A stretch of 64,000 nucleotides of DNA, from positions 43,733 to 107,732 of the forward strand of contig WTBR01000035.1 of the NCBI GenBank assembly GCA_013138975.1. The letters run 5' to 3'. A program made the translations under genes and the position numbers. This DNA is from Bacteroidales bacterium. Lineage in GTDB: Bacteria > Bacteroidota > Bacteroidia > Bacteroidales > UBA12077. The notes under the pieces are model-generated. The model worked only from the letters and a program-made list of their open reading frames with translations. It was not told the DNA's origin and did no database searches. Shown here piece by piece: positions 9,670 to 19,065 of the stretch; the stretch's first letter is position 1, and each line of letters opens with the position of its first letter.

Positions 9670-11445
9670 CTAGCTCATTTCAATTTTTTTACTCTTATCG
9701 AAATAAGCCGTATGTAATAAATGATGCGCTTTTTCGCTCATTGGTTTTCCTAAAAACTCCTCGTACAATTTAATGATATAAGGATTTTCGTGAGATTTAC
9801 GAATTGGTTTACCTGCATCTTCACGATAAATTGCTTCTGAACGAGCTTTAAGAATACTTGAATCGCTATGGTGCAATGGCTGACCACCGCCACCGATACA
9901 ACCACCGGGACATGACATAATTTCAATTGCATGAAATTCTGATTTCCCTTCTTTAATTTCTTCAAGTAACTTACGTGCATTACCTAATCCATGTGCTATT
10001 CCAATATTAATTGGAGTACCGTCAAAATCGACAGTTGCTTTTCTTATTGCTTCGAAACCTCTAAGCTGTTCAAAATCTAATTTTTCAAGCTTCTTACCTG
10101 TATGTAATTCATATGCAGTACGAACCGCAGCTTCAATTACACCACCTGTAGTACCAAAAATTACTCCGGCACCCGATGATTCACCAAGCGGTTTATCAAA
10201 ATCTTCGTCAGGTAATATATTTAAATCAAGATTTGCTTCTTTAATTAAATGTGCTAACTCACGTGTTGATATTGAGAAATCAACATCCGGGTTATCATCT
10301 ACTTTAAATTCATCACGTTGTGCTTCGTACTTTTTAGCTAAACAAGGCATGATAGAAACTACAATAAGATCTTCACGCTTGGTGCTAATTTTATCGGCAA
10401 AATAAGTTTTTGCAATAGATCCAAACATTTGCTGTGGCGATCGTGCCGTTGATGGAATATCTTTCATTTCGGGGAAATGATGTTCGAAGAAACTAACCCA
10501 TGCAGGACAACAAGATGTTAACATTGGTAATTTCACTTCTTTATCGCCACCTAAATATTTTGTTATTCGATCTAACAATTCTGTTCCTTCTTCCATAATG
10601 GTTAAGTCAGCAGCAAAATCAGTATCAAAAACATAATCGAAACCTAAACGACGTAATGCTGATACCATTTTACCGGTAACTAAGGTTCCTGCTTCCATTC
10701 CGAACTCTTCGCCTAAAGCTGCACGCACTGCAGGAGCAGTTTGTACAATTACTTTTTTAGTAGGATCAGAAAGCGCATTAATTACATCTCTTGTATGATC
10801 TTTTTCTGTTAATGCACCAGTCGGGCAAACAGCAACACACTGACCACAATATGTACAAGAAGAGTGTTCTAAATCCATTTCAAATGCTGGCCCTACGGCT
10901 GATTCAAATCCACGGTGAAATGCAGATAATGCTCCAACTGTTTGGAATTCGTTACACATCATTTCGCAACGGCGACACATAATACATTTATCTAAATCAC
11001 GGATAATTGATGGAGAAAAGTCTGTTTTATATGTCGACATCTCAGCATATTCTTGTCCGGGAATTTCGCGAATACCTAATTTTGTAGCCATATCTTGTAA
11101 TTCACAGCTACCCGATTTAGGACATGTTAAACAATCTTTTGGATGATCGGAAAGAATAAACTCCATTACCGTTCTACGTGCATTAATAACACGCATAGAG
11201 TGAGTATTTACAACCATTCCGTCCCAAACGTTTGTTGAACAAGAAGGTGCAAGATTATTTCTGCCCTCAACCTCAACAACACAGATACGACATCCTCCTG
11301 GTTTGTTTTCAATATTTAAACCCTCAAGGTTCATATAACATAGTGTAGGGATTTCAATTCCTAATTCTTTTGCAGCTTTATAGATTGTAGTCCCTTGTTC
11401 TACTTCTATTTGCTTGTCATCTATAGTTAATTTTACTTTATTCAT
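9670..11445 (-). CDS. hydA: Group A [FeFe]-hydrogenase catalytic subunit (HydA/HndD)
   Basis: H-cluster motifs TSCCPAW, MPCLAKKYE, EIMSCPGGCIGGGGQP; N-terminal [2Fe-2S], His-ligated and 2x[4Fe-4S] motifs. Confidence 0.97.
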   Translation of the reverse strand: MNKVKLTIDDKQIEVEQGTTIYKAAKELGIEIPTLCYMNLEGLNIENKPGGCRICVVEVEGRNNLAPSCSTNVWDGMVVNTHSMRVINARRTVMEFILSDHPKDCLTCPKSGSCELQDMATKLGIREIPGQEYAEMSTYKTDFSPSIIRDLDKCIMCRRCEMMCNEFQTVGALSAFHRGFESAVGPAFEMDLEHSSCTYCGQCVAVCPTGALTEKDHTRDVINALSDPTKKVIVQTAPAVRAALGEEFGMEAGTLVTGKMVSALRRLGFDYVFDTDFAADLTIMEEGTELLDRITKYLGGDKEVKLPMLTSCCPAWVSFFEHHFPEMKDIPSTARSPQQMFGSIAKTYFADKISTKREDLIVVSIMPCLAKKYEAQRDEFKVDDNPDVDFSISTRELAHLIKEANLDLNILPDEDFDKPLGESSGAGVIFGTTGGVIEAAVRTAYELHTGKKLEKLDFEQLRGFEAIRKATVDFDGTPINIGIAHGLGNARKLLEEIKEGKSEFHAIEIMSCPGGCIGGGGQPLHHSDSSILKARSEAIYREDAGKPIRKSHENPYIIKLYEEFLGKPMSEKAHHLLHTAYFDKSKKIEMS

Positions 11446-11459
11446 CGTCCTAAAATTTA

Positions 11460-13253
11460 TTATTTTACAATGATTGCATCAAACTTACATCTCTCTTCAC
11501 AAGCTCCACACTTTATACAAATACTTGGATCAATAAAGTGAGATTGCTTTTTCTCTCCGGCAATAGCTCCTACCGGACAAACTCTTGCACATGCAGTACA
11601 ACCCACACAATTTTCTTCAATTACAAAGTAGGTCATTAAGTCTTTACACTGACCTGCATGACATTTCTTATCATTAATATGATCTAAATATTCATCGTAG
11701 AAATTATCAAGCGTAGATAATATTGGATTTGGAGATGTTTGACCCAATCCGCAAAGAGAAGTATCTTTTATTACATTACTCATGTTTCGTAAACGTTGGA
11801 TATCTTCCATCTCACCTTTACCTCCGGTAATTTTCTCCAACACTTCATGTAATCGTTTGTTTCCAATTCTGCATGGAGAACATTTTCCACAAGATTCTTC
11901 AACAGTAAATTCTAAATAGAATTTCGCCATTGAAACCATACAGTCATCTTCATCCATTACAATCATACCACCTGATCCCATCATTGAGCCCACAGCGATT
12001 AAGTTATCGAAATCAATTGGTGTATCAAGATGCTTTTCAGTTAAACAACCACCTGATGGACCTCCTGTTTGAACTGCTTTAAATTTCTTACCGTCTTTAA
12101 TTCCGCCACCAATTTCGAAAATCACTTCGCGAAGTGTTGTTCCCATTGGAACCTCAATTAGTCCAACATTATTAATTTTTCCTGCTAAAGCAAAAACTTT
12201 CGTTCCTTTTGCTTTTTCTGTTCCAATTTTATTAAACCAGTTAGCACCTTTATTTATTATAATTGGAATATTAGCATAGGTCTCAACATTGTTAACATTT
12301 GTTGGTTTACCTAAATAACCTTTTTCAGCAGGATATGGAGGTTTAATAGTTGGTTCACCACGCAAACCTTCCATTGAATGAATTAATGATGTTTCTTCGC
12401 CACAAACAAATGCTCCGGCACCGTATCTTAATTCAATATCGAATTCAAAATCAGTTCCAAGAATCTCTTTACCTAACAAACCATATTCTCTTGCTTGGTC
12501 TATAGCAATTATAAGTCTCTTAATTGCTAATGGATACTCTGCTCTAATATATATTAATCCTTTTGTTGCACCCATTGAGTAAGCGCAAATTGCCATTGCT
12601 TCAAGAACAGCATGTGGGTCACCCTCAAGTATTGATCGATCCATAAATGCTCCTGGATCACCTTCATCAGCGTTACATACAACATATTTTTGATCTGCTT
12701 CGTTTTTAGCAGCAATTTCCCATTTTAATCCTGTAGGAAACCCTCCTCCCCCACGACCTCTTAATCCTGATTCTTTTATTTGATCTACTACATCTTTAGG
12801 ACTCATTTCTGAAAGACATTTACCTAATGCCATATATCCATCACGAGCAATATATTCATCCAAATTTTCAGGATCGATAAATCCACAATTACGCAATGCA
12901 ATACGTATCTGCTTTTTATAAAAATCCATATGCTTTGAATCTGCTACAGTTTCTTTCTTTTTAGGATCTTTATAAAGCAATCGAGTAACCTGACGACCTT
13001 TTATAATATGTTCTTCAATTATTTCAGTTACATCTTCAGGTTTAACCTGTGTGTAAAATGTATTATCAGGAGATACCTTTACGATTGGGCCTTTTTCACA
13101 AAAACCAAAACAACCAGTCATTACAACCTGAACCTCATCCTGAAGTCCCTTATTTTCTAATTCCTGTTTTAAGTTCTCAACAATATCATCGCTCGCAGAA
13201 GCTCTACATCCTGTTCCTCCGCATACCAATAAATGTGTTTTATATTTTGTCAT
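11460..13253 (-). CDS. hydB: NuoF-like diaphorase subunit, full-length bifurcating type (HydB/HndC)
   Basis: N-terminal [2Fe-2S] (CGGTGC..CFGFC), GRGGGGFPTG, NADEGDPGAFMDR, GGPSGG, CGKCSPCR, C-terminal 2x[4Fe-4S]. Confidence 0.96.
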   Translation of the reverse strand: MTKYKTHLLVCGGTGCRASASDDIVENLKQELENKGLQDEVQVVMTGCFGFCEKGPIVKVSPDNTFYTQVKPEDVTEIIEEHIIKGRQVTRLLYKDPKKKETVADSKHMDFYKKQIRIALRNCGFIDPENLDEYIARDGYMALGKCLSEMSPKDVVDQIKESGLRGRGGGGFPTGLKWEIAAKNEADQKYVVCNADEGDPGAFMDRSILEGDPHAVLEAMAICAYSMGATKGLIYIRAEYPLAIKRLIIAIDQAREYGLLGKEILGTDFEFDIELRYGAGAFVCGEETSLIHSMEGLRGEPTIKPPYPAEKGYLGKPTNVNNVETYANIPIIINKGANWFNKIGTEKAKGTKVFALAGKINNVGLIEVPMGTTLREVIFEIGGGIKDGKKFKAVQTGGPSGGCLTEKHLDTPIDFDNLIAVGSMMGSGGMIVMDEDDCMVSMAKFYLEFTVEESCGKCSPCRIGNKRLHEVLEKITGGKGEMEDIQRLRNMSNVIKDTSLCGLGQTSPNPILSTLDNFYDEYLDHINDKKCHAGQCKDLMTYFVIEENCVGCTACARVCPVGAIAGEKKQSHFIDPSICIKCGACEERCKFDAIIVK

Positions 13254-13274
13254 TTTTAAATTCTCCTTTAGTTT

Positions 13275-13673
13275 TTATTTATCATCGATTACTTGATAAT
13301 TAACAGGTATTATTCCTTCTACCAATTCACCTAATTTGATGTATTTTTCAATAATTTCATCCGCTTTTTGAATATTAACATAACCAAAAACGATTGGATC
13401 TTCACCTGGCTTTTTTACTTCGATAGTAGGTTCTGCAAAACAATAACCCATATCACCGGTTTGTGTAACGACAGCTTCAACGTTTCTTTTCTCAAGGGCT
13501 TCAATCATAAAATCCATAACATCTTTTGCACCTGAGGCAATACCGCTGGTTGCCATACCAACTTTAATCTGAACGTAACTCTCAGGGCTATCTGCTTTTT
13601 CCCTTAAGTCCACTTTTGATTGCAAATCTTCTCTCATTTTCTTAAGATCTGCTAATGTTTTGATCTTTGCCAT
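13275..13673 (-). CDS. hydD: Thioredoxin-like ferredoxin subunit (HydD/HndB), Cys-depleted
   Basis: VGMATSGIASGA / TQTGDMGYCFAEP match the family but only one Cys remains. Confidence 0.85.
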   Translation of the reverse strand: MAKIKTLADLKKMREDLQSKVDLREKADSPESYVQIKVGMATSGIASGAKDVMDFMIEALEKRNVEAVVTQTGDMGYCFAEPTIEVKKPGEDPIVFGYVNIQKADEIIEKYIKLGELVEGIIPVNYQVIDDK

Positions 13674-13775
13674 ATTTAAATCTTATTTAAAGTGTTTATT
13701 ACATTTATGTTATACAAATTTATCATTTACATCATTTAGAATCCAATCAAATAGCGTTTTCGAAAGTATAATATT

Positions 13776-14321
13776 TTAAACTACACACATTTCATGTAAA
13801 TTCTCAGTTATCATTTCTTTTAAAAACCTTCTGATTTTAGGATCACTAATCTTAATATCACCAAGAGCTAATTTTATTTCTTGAGTATCAAGCTCATATT
13901 TTTTATTATTAATATGATGAATATATTTAAAATCAATAGTTGGATTTGCTGCTACTAACAAAATAATTGTTCCCGAAATATCCCCCAAAGGTGGCCTATC
14001 AATATGATCATATTGAAAGGTAGCATGCACTTGTGTTCCGATTCCAATTTCTGAAACTACTTTTACATATCCATTAGACTGTTCGGCACTATGCTTTAAT
14101 AATGGTAATCCCATACCCACTTTTCGAGTATTTCTGGTAGTTGTAAAAGGATCTGTTACGAATTCCAATAAACCCGAATCCATTCCTATACCATTATCCT
14201 TAATCCCAATTATTAAAATATTTTTCTCAATATTTTCCTTAATCAATATTCCTATATTTCTTGCCTCACCACGGATTGAGTTCTGAACAATATCTAAAAT
14301 ATGCATTGAAATATTATTCAT
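13776..14321 (-). CDS. Stand-alone HATPase_c (histidine-kinase-like ATPase)
   Basis: LDIVQNS (N box), DNGIGM (G1), DPFTTTR, GMGLPL (G2). Confidence 0.9.
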   Translation of the reverse strand: MNNISMHILDIVQNSIRGEARNIGILIKENIEKNILIIGIKDNGIGMDSGLLEFVTDPFTTTRNTRKVGMGLPLLKHSAEQSNGYVKVVSEIGIGTQVHATFQYDHIDRPPLGDISGTIILLVAANPTIDFKYIHHINNKKYELDTQEIKLALGDIKISDPKIRRFLKEMITENLHEMCVV

Positions 14322-15057
14322 TACACATTACCTTTCTACCAGCTTCTTCTTTTAAAGCAAGTTTTACTTCATTAAATGATTTATCATTCATTTGGAAAAT
14401 AGTTTTAACATTCCCTATATCTTCAAGGAAATGAGCATCTGAACTTTGTATAAAACAATAATCTGCCAGATAATTATTTTGTTGAATAAATTCCTTTTTT
14501 ATTGTGTGTTTAGAAATTTCAAGTGCATCTACATTTAAATCGTTTGGCACAAAACCCAACTGACTTATAATAGAGTATCTCATTCTGTCGATATGTGCAG
14601 GAATAAACAATCCGTTTAATTCATGAACTTTTGTTTCAATCTCACTTATTCCTATGTTAAGACCTGATATCAATAAATATTCAATTTGCTCAAGAATGTT
14701 TTCTTTTGAATCAAGCACAAGCTGATAACCAAATTTATTTACATCATTCTTGATTTTTGGAAGATGATCATCCAAAAAATATTGGAACTCATTTAATTCA
14801 TCATATTTGTCAAAGAACGCTAAACAATGAACCTCTTCTTTTGAAGCTACCTCTGCTCCTTTTAGAATAAATATATCATTGTCTTTTGCAATATCATCGA
14901 GCACTTTACAATTTTTAGTACTATTATGATCTGTTATTCCAAGTATGTCAATTTTTTCTCTTTTAGCTTTCTCAACTATGCTTATAGGACTCATCTCCAA
15001 ATCGCCACAAGGTGATAATACTGTATGTGTATGTAAATCGGCCTTGTATAAATTCAT
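14314..15057 (-). CDS. PHP-family phosphoesterase
   Basis: DLHTHT, ITDHN, GAE, PAHIDR, SSDAH; overlaps next gene. Confidence 0.92.
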   Translation of the reverse strand: MNLYKADLHTHTVLSPCGDLEMSPISIVEKAKREKIDILGITDHNSTKNCKVLDDIAKDNDIFILKGAEVASKEEVHCLAFFDKYDELNEFQYFLDDHLPKIKNDVNKFGYQLVLDSKENILEQIEYLLISGLNIGISEIETKVHELNGLFIPAHIDRMRYSIISQLGFVPNDLNVDALEISKHTIKKEFIQQNNYLADYCFIQSSDAHFLEDIGNVKTIFQMNDKSFNEVKLALKEEAGRKVMCNE

Positions 15058-15062
15058 GTCAC

Positions 15063-15392
15063 TTATAATAATTGGAATAGTTTACCGGCAATCTCAAAAG
15101 TATTTTCTTTTGCTCTTAAAATCGGAACTCCTTCTTGATTACTTTGCTTTACAGTATCTTCATCAGGATTAAATCCTTTCACAAGTATTACTGCTGCTAA
15201 ATCTTTTAATGAAGCAATTGCCATTACATTTTTATGTGTTTGTAATGTAATCCAAACCTGACCCTCTTTTGCGTTTCCCATTACATCACTTAACAAATCA
15301 GAAACATAACCTCCGGTAATTTCGTTTTCAATTCCAGATTGACCACACAATAATTCTAAATCTAAACTATTTATAATATCTGATACTTTCAT
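15063..15392 (-). CDS. DRTGG-domain protein
   Basis: GGYVSDLLSDVM, VWITLQTH, GVPIL, FEIAGKL. Confidence 0.88.
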   Translation of the reverse strand: MKVSDIINSLDLELLCGQSGIENEITGGYVSDLLSDVMGNAKEGQVWITLQTHKNVMAIASLKDLAAVILVKGFNPDEDTVKQSNQEGVPILRAKENTFEIAGKLFQLL

Positions 15393-15405
15393 AAGTTCTT
15401 AATTA

Positions 15406-16764
15406 TTAACATTTTCGGTTTAGTTTTTCTTCACCCCAAATATTCTTCATAATTTCATGTGATTGTTCCCAATCAATTATTCCTTTTTTCTCGAATATTT
15501 TCTGAATAAATATGCAATGATTAATTACAGCTTGTTCTTGGACAATATCCTCGGCTAATGCTTGACAATTTGGAGCACCACAAGCTCCACAATCTACATC
15601 GGGTAAGCATTTCATAATTTCTTTTACCCTTCGCATTTTTTTCATTGCCTCAGCCATATTAATATCCAATTTCATCATTGAACGTGGCTTTATTTTATTA
15701 ATTACCATACAATCTTCCAGATATTCACTATATCTTAAAATTGACTTTGGTTCATTTTCGTAACTATATTCTGTTTCTTTAAAATATTCTGCACGTTTTT
15801 TTAGTCGTTCTACTGTTAAAAAGCGATTTGTAGTAGTTAATACACCTCCTGCACAACTCTCATCACAAGCACGAAGCTCTAAAAAATCCACATCCTTAAC
15901 TTCCTCATTTTCCACCTTCTCAAGAAATTCCATTACATTATGAACGCCATCTATTGCTAAACATCGACCATTCATATTATCTGCTTCTCCGTTCGTTAAA
16001 CTCCAAACCGTAGCTTCCGGAGATAGTCTTTCTCTTTTACATTCTGTACATGAATTATAATCTCCGCGCTTAATACTGGTATAGGCCTTATTAAAAATAA
16101 AATCCATATTAATAACACCGGTTATAGGCGATTTATCTTCACTAACAGGACTCTTTACTGCTGCAATTTTTGCTGCACAAGGTGTTATGTAAAAAATCCC
16201 GATATCAGATTCATCTACTCCCTGATCTATCAATTTTTGTTTATAATATATTGCTGCGATATCAAGTGGAGGATGTTTTAATACAATATTATCAACTAAA
16301 GCAGGAAATCTAACTTGTATTAAACGTATTACTGCAGGACAAAATGAAGAAATCAGGGGTTTCTTGTTTTCGTTTTTTAATGCATATTCTTGCAGTGATT
16401 CTTTTAAAACATCAACACCGTGTTCTGCTTCATAAATATCTGTAAACCCCAAATCCATTAATGAATTATACACTTGAGATGTTTTTACATCTTCAGGAAA
16501 TTGCCCAATTAATACTGCGGACAAAATAGCTACTCTGTATTTATACTGAAATATTTTATTGAAATCATCTTGTTCTATAATTATAGCACCCACAGGACAA
16601 ACTCTAAAGCATTCACCACAATCGATGCATCTGTTTTCAAAAAGCTCAGCTTTACCATTGCGAACACGAATAGCCTCTGTAGGACATATATTCATACAAT
16701 GTGAACAACCAATACAATGGTCTTTTTGAATTTTTAATGCGTGATGAAAAGCTTTCTGATCCAT
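15406..16764 (-). CDS. [FeFe]-hydrogenase-like Fe-S protein (HfsB/HydS-related, probably sensory)
   Basis: N-terminal 2x[4Fe-4S]; divergent H-cluster motifs SSFCPA, TPCAAKI, ELRACDESCAGG; C-terminal CGACGAPNC FeS domain. Confidence 0.85.
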   Translation of the reverse strand: MDQKAFHHALKIQKDHCIGCSHCMNICPTEAIRVRNGKAELFENRCIDCGECFRVCPVGAIIIEQDDFNKIFQYKYRVAILSAVLIGQFPEDVKTSQVYNSLMDLGFTDIYEAEHGVDVLKESLQEYALKNENKKPLISSFCPAVIRLIQVRFPALVDNIVLKHPPLDIAAIYYKQKLIDQGVDESDIGIFYITPCAAKIAAVKSPVSEDKSPITGVINMDFIFNKAYTSIKRGDYNSCTECKRERLSPEATVWSLTNGEADNMNGRCLAIDGVHNVMEFLEKVENEEVKDVDFLELRACDESCAGGVLTTTNRFLTVERLKKRAEYFKETEYSYENEPKSILRYSEYLEDCMVINKIKPRSMMKLDINMAEAMKKMRRVKEIMKCLPDVDCGACGAPNCQALAEDIVQEQAVINHCIFIQKIFEKKGIIDWEQSHEIMKNIWGEEKLNRKC

Positions 16765-16775
16765 CTTAATTTAAT

Positions 16776-17189
16776 CTATTTTAGGTATGCAATTATTTTC
16801 AAATTTGTCCCTACTCCAACTTCGCTGCTTATATAAAACTCATCGGAATTATTCTTAATATTAGCTAATCCCATTCCTGCACCAAAACCCATTTCTCTAA
16901 CTTTTTCCGATGCCGTTGAATATCCTTCTTCCATTGCCAATTGTATATCCTCTATTCCAGGCCCTTTATCATCTATTTCAATTTCAATTTTCTCTGTATT
17001 GATATCAATTATTACTTTCCCTGAATATGCATGTGCTACCACATTAACCTCAGATTCATATAAAGCAACAACAACCCTTCTTATAACCTTGTGATCTCCT
17101 AGCAATTGTTTCAAAATCGTTTTCAATTGGCTTGATGCAAAACCAAGCTTAGAAAAATCTCCTGCCTCTATTTCGAATTCAAAATGCAT
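16776..17189 (-). CDS. Anti-sigma-factor-type Ser/Thr kinase (RsbT/RsbW-like)
   Basis: YESEVNVVAHA, DKGPGI, GYSTA, GFGAGMGL. Confidence 0.9.
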   Translation of the reverse strand: MHFEFEIEAGDFSKLGFASSQLKTILKQLLGDHKVIRRVVVALYESEVNVVAHAYSGKVIIDINTEKIEIEIDDKGPGIEDIQLAMEEGYSTASEKVREMGFGAGMGLANIKNNSDEFYISSEVGVGTNLKIIAYLK

Positions 17190-17191
17190 AA

Positions 17192-17536
17192 TTAAAATAT
17201 AGGTTCTATTCCTGCTTTATATAATTTACCTGCTGTTTTAAAAACAGAATCTGAACATTCAATCAGGATTATATTTATTTCTTTAGCTAAATCTATCATT
17301 TCTTTTCTCACTTTCTTATTGCGAGCAAATACGATACATGATATATCAGACATTTCAGCTGTTCTAATTGCCTGCAAATTTGCTAATCCGGTAATTAGTA
17401 GAACATCATCCGAATTCAATGTCAAAACATCACTCATAAGATCTGAAGCAAATCCTTTCTGAACTTCCAAATGTGTCATATCTTCCCCGCAAATTACTCT
17501 CCCATTTATAATGCTTACTACATCTTTAATTTTCAT
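17192..17536 (-). CDS. DRTGG-domain protein
   Basis: FASDLMSDVL, LLITGL, IRTAEM, FKTAGKLY. Confidence 0.88.
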   Translation of the reverse strand: MKIKDVVSIINGRVICGEDMTHLEVQKGFASDLMSDVLTLNSDDVLLITGLANLQAIRTAEMSDISCIVFARNKKVRKEMIDLAKEINIILIECSDSVFKTAGKLYKAGIEPIF

Positions 17537-17615
17537 TATAACACCGAATTATATTCTGTTAATAATTGTAATACGAATCATTCATTTATAATTCCAATGC
17601 AAATATATAATGTTT

Positions 17616-17650
17616 TTGTTATTTTCTTAACACTGTTATTTAAATAACAC
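17616..17650. promoter_or_regulatory. Tandem TGTTA-N6-TAACA operator (Rex-like) upstream of hydrogenase operon 1
   Basis: ttgttattttcttaacactgttatttaaataacac; 32/35 identical to 52576-52610. Confidence 0.7.
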
Positions 17651-17977
17651 TATAATGTTTTTATCAATGTACTCGTTTAATGTTTTATTCTTTGATTTTA
17701 AGGCACTTACAATGCTTGAAAATAAATATGTTATACAACTCTTTTTCTATTTTTATGACATTTCTTAAAAAAAATCATTTTATTTATTATCGATTATTAG
17801 AGCCCCTCCTCCTTTTAAGCTTCACACAATAAATAAAAAATCAGAATATTTTAATGTCTAAATAAATATGAAAATTTTGACCTTAAATAATTGACTTTGG
17901 AATATAAATTTCCGAAATTGTAATGGGAACAATGAAAAATAAATTAGATAATACTAAACTATTAAAACCATAAAATT

Positions 17978-18385
17978 ATGGCAAGAGATTATTACTGTCC
18001 GATATGCAAAGGGCAATTAAGAGTTAAGAACTCAATTTTACTTTCTGCAAAGTCAGCAAAAAACGAAAAGGGTTTAGTTTTTCTAAATTCAGATATAGGC
18101 GATTATGCAATTACCACTCACCCTAGCTTCCAAATTCGTGATGGTGAAGAATATATATTTAGCTGTCCTATTTGTCATGCTACTCTAAATAGAGAAGAGA
18201 ACCCTAATTTAGTTAAAATTTTTATGAAGGATGGCGATGATAATTTTGAGATCTATTTTTCAAGCTTAGCGGGAGAAAAATGCACATATAAAATAAGCGA
18301 TAAAATAATAGAACAAATTGGCCCGGATGTTAATCAATACCAACAATATTTTGATATTCCTGAAGATGATAAAAAATATCTTTAA
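17978..18385 (+). CDS. Hypothetical cytoplasmic protein with two CPxC knuckles (probable Zn/Fe binding)
   Basis: YYCPICK and FSCPICH; no signal peptide. Confidence 0.8.
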   Translation: MARDYYCPICKGQLRVKNSILLSAKSAKNEKGLVFLNSDIGDYAITTHPSFQIRDGEEYIFSCPICHATLNREENPNLVKIFMKDGDDNFEIYFSSLAGEKCTYKISDKIIEQIGPDVNQYQQYFDIPEDDKKYL

Positions 18386-18401
18386 TACACTAACGTGATA
18401 T

Positions 18402-18706
18402 AAAGACGTACTTAATGCCCGCAAGCAAATTTTCATTAATTTAAATATTAAGTAATTAGCCGTGGCACGGTTTACTAATATAGATGACATTTAATTATAA
18501 TCAACATGCTGATTATTAATAAATTCGTACCACGCTTTGCGAATATAAAGACTTACCTAATATCCGCAAATAAATCTTCATTAATTTAAATATTAAGTAT
18601 TTAGACGTACAACGGTTAACTAATATAGATGACATTTAATTATAATCAACTGCTAATTATTAATAAATTCGCATCACGTTTGGCGAAATCAAAGACGTAT
18701 TTAAAA
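18402..18706. repeat. Tandem ~145-bp imperfect direct repeat (2 units plus start of a third)
   Basis: Units begin aaagac(g/t)ta at 18402, 18547, 18691; identical blocks ttcattaatttaaatattaagta and actaatatagatgacatttaattataatcaac. Confidence 0.9.
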
Positions 18707-18893
18707 TAGAGCCTCAAATGGATTTACAAACCCTACAGAGGCTTACTTTTTATATATTGTTCATTTAAAATCGAAAATCCTGTCCTTAAAAGAATATTCA
18801 TTCTTTGGTAAAAATGATCGCCCTTATGTTTTAAAACACCGAACAAATCAATATTCTTAAAACCCTCATTTACAATACACTTACACTTCATTA

Positions 18894-18907
18894 TTGATGT
18901 ACATCAA
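18894..18907. promoter_or_regulatory. FNR-type box, perfect consensus
   Basis: TTGAT-gtac-ATCAA about 160 bp upstream of the heme lipoprotein gene. Confidence 0.75.
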
Positions 18908-19065
18908 TGCTAACTAAAATAATTATCAATAGTTTTTCTTGAAAGAAGTCAATTTATTCATTTTTCTTTGTAGCGGATATAAACATCTTTTTATCTTAAT
19001 ATCATTTATTCTTAATATTTAAAGTGAGAATGAATATTTTTTTTTTAAAACTAAACATTAATAAT

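Noticed and set aside
17978-18385. Cytochrome c call from CPICH
   Set aside because: No signal peptide or TM; paired CPIC knuckles fit a metal-binding ribbon better
18402-18706. CRISPR array
   Set aside because: Units are ~145 bp and homologous throughout, with no unique spacers and no cas genes
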